A DNA stretch of 35,546 nt from assembly GCA_964508335.1 (NCBI GenBank), contig CAZDTL010000002.1:1-35546 (forward strand), read 5' to 3'. Under the pieces are notes generated by a model. It made no database searches, was not told the DNA's origin, and saw nothing but the letters and a program-made list of their open reading frames with translations. Below, piece after piece: positions 28,652 to 35,546 of this stretch (positions are counted from its first letter, which is position 1; every line of letters starts with the position of its first letter). Both the position numbers and the translations under genes were made by a program. Source of the DNA: an uncultured Candidatus Saccharibacteria bacterium. GTDB taxonomy: Bacteria; Patescibacteriota; Saccharimonadia; Saccharimonadales; Saccharimonadaceae.

Positions 28652-29670
28652 TAGTTGCCCTCCTTTTGTTGTTTAATGTAGTCAAGCGTTTCCTGTGCTT
28701 TCTTGCCAAAGTAAAGCACGAGGCCACGCTGAGCGGTCAAGCGGTTTTCCGCTTGGTCGAAGCAAATTGAGTTTTTGCCATCCATGACAGAATCGGTGAC
28801 TTCTTCGTTGCGATTGGCGGGGAGGCAGTGCATGAACTTGCAATTATCGTTTTTGGTGGCGCGCATTAAGTCGTCGTTAACTTGGAAGGTGGGATAGAAA
28901 TCTTGCATGTAGACTTCTTTCGGGGTTTCTTTGTCGTAGAGGCCATACCAAACGTCGGTATAGACGAAGTCGGCGCCCTTCAGACAATCGCGATTGCTGG
29001 TGAATTCGACGGAGCCGCCGTATTTTTCGACATTTTTACGGCCGATGGCGCGGAATTTTTCGTCGAGAAGTTTGTGGTCGGGGCCGTAGTGAACGAAATT
29101 CATGCCGAGCTTGGTGGTAATCATCATGAGGCTGGCGCAAACTTGGGTGCAGTCGCCGACGAAGACGACTTTAACGTCGTTCCATTTCTTTTCGGGCGGG
29201 AGATTGTCGAGGATGGTGATGATGTCGCCCATTTCTTGAGTCGGGTGATTATAGTCGGACATGCCGTTAATCACGGGGACTTGGGCGTATTTGGCGAGGG
29301 CCGTGATGGATTCGTGGCGGTCGACACGAGACATAATCATGTTGCACATGCGGCCGAGAACTTGGGCGGTGTCTTCGATGGTCTCGTGAGCGCCGAGCTG
29401 GATTGCGCCGGGAGCGAGGTTAAGCGCGTGGCCGCCGAGTTGGCTCATGGCGACTTCGAAGCTGACGCGGGTGCGCGTGGACTTTTGTTCGAAGAGCATG
29501 GCGAGGTTTTTGTGATACATTGTGTCGAGAGTCCCACCCGACTTAATATAGTCACGCACAACGACCGAAGTTTTGATGATGTCGAGGATTTCGGCTTGGT
29601 CAAAATCCGTGGTATCGACATAATCCTTTTTCGACGGAACGTCGTGGCTTAGTTGATATAAGTTATCCAT
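28651..29670 (-). CDS. aguB: Putrescine carbamoyltransferase
   Basis: STRTR, HPTQ, FMHCLP carbamoyltransferase motifs with PTC-type GDCTQVC and TDVWYGLY (OTC would have SMG); adjacent to aguA. Confidence 0.88.
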   Translation of the reverse strand: MDNLYQLSHDVPSKKDYVDTTDFDQAEILDIIKTSVVVRDYIKSGGTLDTMYHKNLAMLFEQKSTRTRVSFEVAMSQLGGHALNLAPGAIQLGAHETIEDTAQVLGRMCNMIMSRVDRHESITALAKYAQVPVINGMSDYNHPTQEMGDIITILDNLPPEKKWNDVKVVFVGDCTQVCASLMMITTKLGMNFVHYGPDHKLLDEKFRAIGRKNVEKYGGSVEFTSNRDCLKGADFVYTDVWYGLYDKETPKEVYMQDFYPTFQVNDDLMRATKNDNCKFMHCLPANRNEEVTDSVMDGKNSICFDQAENRLTAQRGLVLYFGKKAQETLDYIKQQKEGN

Positions 29671-29714
29671 AATATATATATTATATATTAAGTTTGGTTT
29701 AACCACAAGCGAAA

Positions 29715-32450
29715 TTAGAGACCGTATTTTGCGATAACGTCGTTTTGCATCTGCGAGCGAATGTTAGCGTAGTCGTAAATACCAGGGCCGGCCGTTTGCG
29801 AGCGAAGCCCGGTGAATTGAACGTTGAAGCGTTGGTTGACGTTGGCGACGTCGTTCCCTCGGCCAGCGTTGGAGGCTAGAGCGGTGCGAAGAGAGTCGAA
29901 CATAGTGGCGGAGCCAGCGATAGAAATGCGGTTGGCGACGGCTTGTTGTCTTGCGTCGTCGAGCGAACGAAGAAGGGGAGCGAGCTTGTCGGCTTGGTCG
30001 GAAGCCGTGGCGGAAGTGGCGGCGCGAGCAAGGACGGCGGCGTCGAGGTTTCTGGCGGAAATAGCGTTGCCGGTGAAGGCGGTGGCATTGCCAGAGATGA
30101 ATTCGTAGGTGTCTTTGCTGGCATTAGCGAGGGCGGTTTCGCCTTTTTTGTTGACGGCTACGCTGGCTTCTCCGCTTCTGACGAAATCTTTGAAGCTATG
30201 GTTGCCGCCGTTGCCGCGGTATTTGGCGTATTCTCTCATGAGGATGTTGTTGGTGGCGCCAGTTTCGCGCTCGACAGAGAGGCGCATGTTGGCTTGGGCG
30301 ACGGCGTCGCCGTTGTTGTAGAGGGCGTCTAGGGCTTCTTTTTCGCCGCCTTTTTTGAGGAGTTCACGGAAGGCTGCCGCAAAGCGCTGGGGGTCGAGTT
30401 TTTTGAGGGATTGGTCGAGTTCGCGGGCGAGGGTCATTTTATCGGCGTTGGCATAGTTGGCTGCATACTGACTAGTTTGGGTGCCAGCGATAGCTTGGGC
30501 TTGAGTGTAGCGATAGCCAGCAAGGCCCGATATAGGGATGGAGCCGCGGCCGCCAGCCCTGGATTTAACGAGGCGATTCATGACTTTGGTGGCGTTGGCG
30601 GCGCGAATTCTACCAGCGACGTGCTGGAATGCGGCACTGCCTTGCGCGGCATTGCGGGCGCCACGGCGTGCGCCGAGACTGATAGCGTTGAGATGGGCGC
30701 CGATTTGGCCGGTGGCGCGATAAGCGTTGCGGACGACGGTAGGGATGAAGAAGAGCGGGGCGATTTCCGCGGCCATGGCGGTGAGGATGATGGCGATGTT
30801 GTTGTCGGAAGCTCCGGAGGCGAAGATGATGCGGGCTGTAAGGCGACCGCCAGCCATTAGTAATGCGGCGATGGGGTAGAGGAGGAGCATGCCTTGTAAA
30901 AGCATGCGCCAGCGGTTAAAGAGGTTTTTGGTGTTGGGCAGAGTGTAGCAAACGAAGGCGAGTGGCGAGATGGCGACGCAGATGACGACGATGGCTTGGC
31001 GCATGGCGAGGAGCAGGAAGAGGAAGAGGATGGCCACAACTACGCCGATGAGTGTGGGGATGAAGGCGAAGAGTGCGCCACCAATCCACCCCCAGAAAGT
31101 TACACCACCAATGAGAGTGCCGATGCCGGCGGCGGCAACGATGGTGATGATGCCCATGGCAATGCTGCCGCCACTGCTCATGACGGCACTGCCGGCTGGG
31201 ATGGTGACGCGAGTTTGAGCGATGTTGGTGATGAGACCGTAAACACTGCTGCCGGCGATGTTGGAGAGGTCTACTGCGGCTTGGCATATATAGAAGGAGA
31301 GGTTGACGAGGATGGCGGCGATGGCGAGCTTAGGTAAGGTTTTTTTGATGCCGTAGTTGTCGATGCCGATGCCGGTGAGTTGCGAGAGGATGACGAACAG
31401 CAAGAAGATGACGAAGAAGATATTGGCGAGGTCGCGGAAGATGCCCCAAGCCGCAAAGGTGCCGGCGCGGTCGCCAGTGGTGGAAAAGAGACTGACGTCG
31501 GTTTTTAGAGACGGTTCGACGACATTGGTGTAGGCCCATTGGGCGGCGTCGGCCGCGCCTTCGAGGACAGGGCAGAGAATCCAACCGAGCGCGCCGGAGG
31601 TGCTGTGGCAGGTGGCTTCGGTTTGGGGGACGTCGGTGCCACCACCGCCAGTGCCCGGATTAAGCGGAGTGTAGGTGCCGTCGAGCGTCGGAGCATTAGT
31701 CAGACCGTGCGCGCTCACAAATTGGTCCCAGTCACTCTTGAGCCGGTCTTTATGACAAGTAATTTTAGAATTTTTTAGAGTATAGGCATTGTCCGCAGTG
31801 GCGGCGTGGCTAGTAATGAAATTAACAAGGTCAGTCTGAACGCTTGTTTTCGCTTGCCCCGTCAGAGGGCCCGACGCCGTTTCCAATACGCCGTTGCCGT
31901 TGTCGTAATAATTGTAGATTTTGTTAAATTCGGTTTTATATTCGCCGAGACATTTTTGAGCTTCCTGCCATTGGTCATCAGTGTAGGTAGTTGCCGTGGT
32001 GCCAACAGTGAAGCTACCAGTATTTTCTTCGGGGTAACCATATTCAATATTGCTAACGGTTTTAAGAATAGTAGTGCCATCATCGTCGCAGACTTCAATA
32101 GTAGTGGGACCAGCATTTGCACTAACGACGGATCCGGAGGCTTTAAATTCGTAAACCATTTCATCTGCGTTATAGACGCGGAAGTATCCACTGCTACCGT
32201 TTGTTCTGCGGCCTTGGGCAGCATAGGAGAATTCGTTCGAGTCGGTCGAAACAGTCACGGTCTGCATGGTCATCCCAGATTCGGTGTTAAGTTTTAGAAC
32301 GTAACAATATTTTTTGCTGGTGTCAGTGCAGGTAGTGGCGGAGGCGGAAGGGGCGAGAAAAAGGTTAAGAAAGGTGGGGAGGACGAGGAGGAGAGAGAGC
32401 GCAATCAGAAAAGTAGATTTGATTTTGTTTCCAAAAAATCTCGAACGCAT
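29715..32450 (-). CDS. Large membrane protein, VirB6/TrbL-like as commonly seen in Saccharibacteria
   Basis: Signal peptide, extracellular N-domain, LGWILCP, WGIFRDLANIFF...NYGIKKTLPKL...LVNLSFYICQAAVDLSN, several TMs, Ala/Arg-rich tail. Confidence 0.65.
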   Translation of the reverse strand: MRSRFFGNKIKSTFLIALSLLLVLPTFLNLFLAPSASATTCTDTSKKYCYVLKLNTESGMTMQTVTVSTDSNEFSYAAQGRRTNGSSGYFRVYNADEMVYEFKASGSVVSANAGPTTIEVCDDDGTTILKTVSNIEYGYPEENTGSFTVGTTATTYTDDQWQEAQKCLGEYKTEFNKIYNYYDNGNGVLETASGPLTGQAKTSVQTDLVNFITSHAATADNAYTLKNSKITCHKDRLKSDWDQFVSAHGLTNAPTLDGTYTPLNPGTGGGGTDVPQTEATCHSTSGALGWILCPVLEGAADAAQWAYTNVVEPSLKTDVSLFSTTGDRAGTFAAWGIFRDLANIFFVIFLLFVILSQLTGIGIDNYGIKKTLPKLAIAAILVNLSFYICQAAVDLSNIAGSSVYGLITNIAQTRVTIPAGSAVMSSGGSIAMGIITIVAAAGIGTLIGGVTFWGWIGGALFAFIPTLIGVVVAILFLFLLLAMRQAIVVICVAISPLAFVCYTLPNTKNLFNRWRMLLQGMLLLYPIAALLMAGGRLTARIIFASGASDNNIAIILTAMAAEIAPLFFIPTVVRNAYRATGQIGAHLNAISLGARRGARNAAQGSAAFQHVAGRIRAANATKVMNRLVKSRAGGRGSIPISGLAGYRYTQAQAIAGTQTSQYAANYANADKMTLARELDQSLKKLDPQRFAAAFRELLKKGGEKEALDALYNNGDAVAQANMRLSVERETGATNNILMREYAKYRGNGGNHSFKDFVRSGEASVAVNKKGETALANASKDTYEFISGNATAFTGNAISARNLDAAVLARAATSATASDQADKLAPLLRSLDDARQQAVANRISIAGSATMFDSLRTALASNAGRGNDVANVNQRFNVQFTGLRSQTAGPGIYDYANIRSQMQNDVIAKYGL

Positions 32451-32498
32451 ATATATATTATATATGTAAGCACGAGCGATTTCAAGCAGAAAGTTTAT

Positions 32499-33440
32499 TT
32501 AGCGGGTGATGATGGTGCCAGATTTAAGTTTGAGGGCGTCTTCCAAGTTGTCGAGAGAGCAGATGATGCCGATTTTACCTTTTTTGGCGAATTCGGTGGC
32601 GGCGGTGATTTTTGGGAGCATGGAGCCGGCTTTGAAGAAGCCTTGTTTGCTGTAATATTCGGCTTCTTTGGCGGTGAGGTTTTTTAGCGCGGATTGTTCG
32701 GGCGTGCCGAAGTTGAGATAGGCGTAGTCGACGGCGGTGACGGAGAGGAAGAGGTCGGCCTTGATGAGCTCGGCGAGCTTTTCCGCGGCGAAGTCTTTGT
32801 CGATGACAGCATCGACGCCTTTGATGAGTTTTAAGATGCGGGTGCGATAGACGGGGACGCCGCCGCCGCCCGCGGCGATGACGATGGCGCCGGACTTAAC
32901 GAGGTCAAGGATTTCGCGTTTTTCCACGATAGATTTCGGCTTAGGGCTGGGGACGACGCGGCGGTAGCCACGACCAGAGTCTTCTTTGACGATCCAGCCT
33001 TTTTCTTTCGCAAGTTTGAGGGCCTCTTTTTCGGTGTAAAATTGGCCGACGGGCTTGGTGGGGTTTTTGAAGGCGGGGTCGTTTTTGTCAACTTCGACTT
33101 GAGTGACGACGGTGGCGACCTTCTTGTTCTTCCCTTCTTTCAAGAAGGCGTTTTGGACGGACTGGGCGAGCCAGTAGCCGATTTGACCTTGGCTCATAGC
33201 GACGGCGGTTTCTAGGGGCATGGCCGGGGCTTTTTCTGAGGCGGCTTGTTCTTCGTGGATGAGGATGCTGCCAACCTGAGGGCCGTTGCCGTGGGCAAGG
33301 ACGATTTCGTATTTGCTAGAGAGTTCGGCGATGAGTTTGCCGACTTTTTCGGCGACCTTTTTTTGGGCTTCGGCAGAAACTTCGCCATTTTTTTGGAGAG
33401 CGTTGCCGCCGAGGGCGATGACGACGCGTTTTTTGACCAT
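32499..33440 (-). CDS. arcC: Carbamate kinase
   Basis: VIALGGNAL, HGNGPQVG, NPTKPVG, GRGYRRVVPSP, GGGGVPV, AVIDKD, GSMLPK. Confidence 0.96.
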   Translation of the reverse strand: MVKKRVVIALGGNALQKNGEVSAEAQKKVAEKVGKLIAELSSKYEIVLAHGNGPQVGSILIHEEQAASEKAPAMPLETAVAMSQGQIGYWLAQSVQNAFLKEGKNKKVATVVTQVEVDKNDPAFKNPTKPVGQFYTEKEALKLAKEKGWIVKEDSGRGYRRVVPSPKPKSIVEKREILDLVKSGAIVIAAGGGGVPVYRTRILKLIKGVDAVIDKDFAAEKLAELIKADLFLSVTAVDYAYLNFGTPEQSALKNLTAKEAEYYSKQGFFKAGSMLPKITAATEFAKKGKIGIICSLDNLEDALKLKSGTIITR

Positions 33441-33462
33441 ATATTATATATTCCTTTCTATG

Positions 33463-34722
33463 TTAAAAGTTGGGCTTGCCGAGGAGCTTAAACATTTCTT
33501 TTTTGTATTGTTCGACGCCGGGTTGGTCGAAGGGGTCGACGCCGTGGAGCAAAGCGGAGAGAGCGCAGGCGGTTTCGAAGAAGAAGATGAGGAAGCCGAG
33601 GATGAGTTCGCTGAGGCCGGTTTGAGCTTCGGCATCGAGAACTTCGATGACGAAGGTGCTAATGCCGCCGGAGTCGTGCGCTTTGAGCGTGGCCTCGAGG
33701 GCTTTGTCGGAGATTTCGGTGAGAGGCTTGTCTTCGAGGTAATCGAGGCCGTCTTTGGAGTCTTTTTCCGCGGGGACGATGAGCGGGGATTGTTCGGGCG
33801 AGAGTTTTAAGAAGGTTTCGAAGAGGTTTCTTCTGCCGTCTTGCATGTATTGACCGAGGGAGTGAAGGTCGGTGGAGTAGACGACGCTGGCTGGGAAGAT
33901 GCCTTGGCGGTTCTTCCCTTCGGATTCGCCGAAGAGTTGCTTCCACCATTCGTTGAAGTAGAGGAGGCTTGGTTCGAAGTGAGCGAGGACTTCGACATCG
34001 CAACCACATTCGTCGTAAAGATAAAAGCGAGCGAAGGCGTATTCGATGAGCATGGAGTCTTTGAGGTTTTCTGGGTTTAGTTGGGTGTCTTTGCAGTGGC
34101 GCGCGCCTTCGAGGAGTTTGTCGATGTCGACGCCGGCGACGGCGAGCGGGAAGAGACCGACGGCGGTGAGGACAGAGTAGCGGCCGCCGACACCGAGGGG
34201 GACGTCGAAAGTTTCGTAGTCATTTTGTGCGGCTTCGTCGTGGAGGGCACCATGTTCGGGGTCGGTCGTGGCGATGATTCTGGTTTTGGCTTCTTCGGCG
34301 CCGTATTTTTTGATTAAGGCTTGTTTAAGAATGCGAAAGGCAATGGCGGGTTCTAGTGTGGTGCCAGATTTGCTGATGATGTTGAGAGAAAAGTCGTGAT
34401 TTTCTATGGTTTTGAGGATTTTTTTGAGTTCTTTGGAGGATAAGTTGTTGCCGGCAAAGAGAAGTTTGCATTTGGTGGTTTCGTCGGAGGGCTTGTCGAG
34501 GGCTTCGTAGACGGCGCGGGCGCCAAGGTAGCTGCCGCCGATGCCGATGCAGACGAGATAGTCAGAGGTGTCTTGGACTTTTTTGGCGACTTGTTTGATT
34601 TTTTCGAGTTCTGCTGGGTTGGTGCCGTCGGGGAGGCCGAACCAGTCGCCCATGGGGTCTTCTTTGATTTCTTCAATGAGCTCGGCGGCGAGCCCGTAGT
34701 CTAAGTCGATGGTGTTTCTCAT
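33463..34722 (-). CDS. pgi: Glucose-6-phosphate isomerase
   Basis: IGIGGSYLGA, SKSGTTLEP, VGGRYSV, WWKQLFGESEGK, DLHSLGQ, PFDQPGVEQYK. True start MRNTID at 34722, 6 nt after TGTTATAAT. Confidence 0.95.
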   Translation of the reverse strand: MRNTIDLDYGLAAELIEEIKEDPMGDWFGLPDGTNPAELEKIKQVAKKVQDTSDYLVCIGIGGSYLGARAVYEALDKPSDETTKCKLLFAGNNLSSKELKKILKTIENHDFSLNIISKSGTTLEPAIAFRILKQALIKKYGAEEAKTRIIATTDPEHGALHDEAAQNDYETFDVPLGVGGRYSVLTAVGLFPLAVAGVDIDKLLEGARHCKDTQLNPENLKDSMLIEYAFARFYLYDECGCDVEVLAHFEPSLLYFNEWWKQLFGESEGKNRQGIFPASVVYSTDLHSLGQYMQDGRRNLFETFLKLSPEQSPLIVPAEKDSKDGLDYLEDKPLTEISDKALEATLKAHDSGGISTFVIEVLDAEAQTGLSELILGFLIFFFETACALSALLHGVDPFDQPGVEQYKKEMFKLLGKPNF

Positions 34723-34842
34723 GAGATGATTATAACATAAGCGAGTAATTTGCGGGTTAGTAGTTTTGAAGTGCGTTGGCGGCCTTAATGAGTGTGTAGT
34801 ACACCTGAGGTCGCGTGGCTTGAATTGTGATAAAATAGAGAT

Positions 34843-35412
34843 ATGAAACTTTTGATGCACACTTGTTGCGCGCCGTGTTCGGTTTATTGTATTGACAGTC
34901 TGCGTGCGGAAGGGATTGAACCGACGGTGTTTTGGTATAATCCGAACATTCATCCATATATGGAGTATAAGGCGCGGCGGGACTGTTTGCGGGAGTATGC
35001 GAAGTCGATTGGGGCGCGAGGGATTTTTGTGGAGGATTATGGGCTGGACAAGTTTTGTAAGGCGGTGGTCGACGATATTCCGAATCGGTGCGTGAAGTAT
35101 TGTTACCGGGCGAGGTTGTCGCAAACTGTTAAATATGCGCGCGAGCATGGGTTCGATGCGTTTACGACGACGCTTTTAGTGTCGCCATATCAGAAGCACG
35201 AGGAGATTATCCGCGTTTGCGAGGAGCTTTCTAAGATGTCGGGCGTTACGTTTTTGTATCGGGATTTTAGAGTGGGGTTTCGTGAGGGGCAGAAAAAGGC
35301 GCGGGAGCTGGGGATGTATATGCAAAAGTATTGTGGGTGCGTGTTTTCCGAGGAGGAGAGGTATAAGAAGCAGATTTTGAGGGATATGAGGGAAGGAGTG
35401 GTGGAGGTTTAG
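34843..35412 (+). CDS. queH: Epoxyqueuosine reductase QueH (DUF208)
   Basis: HTCCAPCS, YNPNIHP, RCVKYC, FTTTLLVSP, YMQKYCGCVFS. Confidence 0.9.
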   Translation: MKLLMHTCCAPCSVYCIDSLRAEGIEPTVFWYNPNIHPYMEYKARRDCLREYAKSIGARGIFVEDYGLDKFCKAVVDDIPNRCVKYCYRARLSQTVKYAREHGFDAFTTTLLVSPYQKHEEIIRVCEELSKMSGVTFLYRDFRVGFREGQKKARELGMYMQKYCGCVFSEEERYKKQILRDMREGVVEV

Positions 35413-35467
35413 TTGGCTGGTCTAGGCGTTAGTCTTGGGGTTTGGTCTAGGCGAATTTTGGAAAATG

Positions 35468-35476
35468 TGGTATAAT
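35468..35476 (+). promoter_or_regulatory. Extended -10 (TGGTATAAT) for the tRNA gene
   Basis: Consensus motif 16 nt upstream of the tRNA 5' end. Confidence 0.65.
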
Positions 35477-35492
35477 GTTTTTGTCCCGTTTT

Positions 35493-35546
35493 GGGCCGGT
35501 AGCTCAGCTGGTTAGAGCACGAGCCTCTTAAGCTTGGTGTCGAGGG
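35493..35546 (+). tRNA. tRNA-Lys(CTT), 3' end cut by the window edge
   Basis: GGGCCGG-TA-GCTC-AGCTGGTTA-GAGC D arm; anticodon stem CGAGC/GCTTG with loop CT-CTT-AA (anticodon 35527-35529). Confidence 0.93.

Noticed and set aside
28651-33440. Arginine deiminase (arc) operon interpretation
   Set aside because: No arcA; the deiminase is AguA-type and the transcarbamylase has putrescine-type motifs.
34723-35148. 142-aa N-terminal extension of Pgi in the ORF track
   Set aside because: It overlaps queH on the other strand; the leaderless start at 34722 gives a normal-size Pgi.
35418-35453. Direct repeat TGGTCTAGGCG x2 upstream of the tRNA promoter
   Set aside because: Only two 11-bp copies; no integrase or tRNA 3' duplication is visible to suggest an att site.

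Overview
Chromosomal segment most consistent with a Saccharibacteria (TM7/CPR) bacterium. This is inferred from the CPR-type T4SS-like pilin, VirB6-like membrane protein, RNase HII-YraN fusion and short ComEC. About 25 genes, nearly all on the minus strand: dsbA-like, murJ, pilin, aspS, ftsH, comEC, a 1.7-kaa sortase-type adhesin with thioester/isopeptide/ester-type domains, a PIN-PhoH ATPase, rnhB-yraN, an Ig-like/serine-hydrolase protein, rplS, ruvA, an ABC exporter pair, ruvC, radA, a sugar-phosphate nucleotidyltransferase, gpmI, a complete agmatine deiminase pathway (aguB/aguD/aguA plus carbamate kinase), pgi, queH and a truncated tRNA-Lys(CTT). The strongest unexplained signal is a 70-nt three-way-junction element present in three copies, with seven compensatory base-pair changes and locus-specific long closing stems. 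Two copies follow stop codons and one sits in frame inside rnhB-yraN. Also notable: a highly structured ~205-nt pilin 5' leader, several promoter-driven small non-coding or small-ORF units, pervasive leaderless gene starts, and a strong strand-specific G/C skew that exposes foreign or recombined segments. All structures and motifs were read by eye; nothing was computed or searched.
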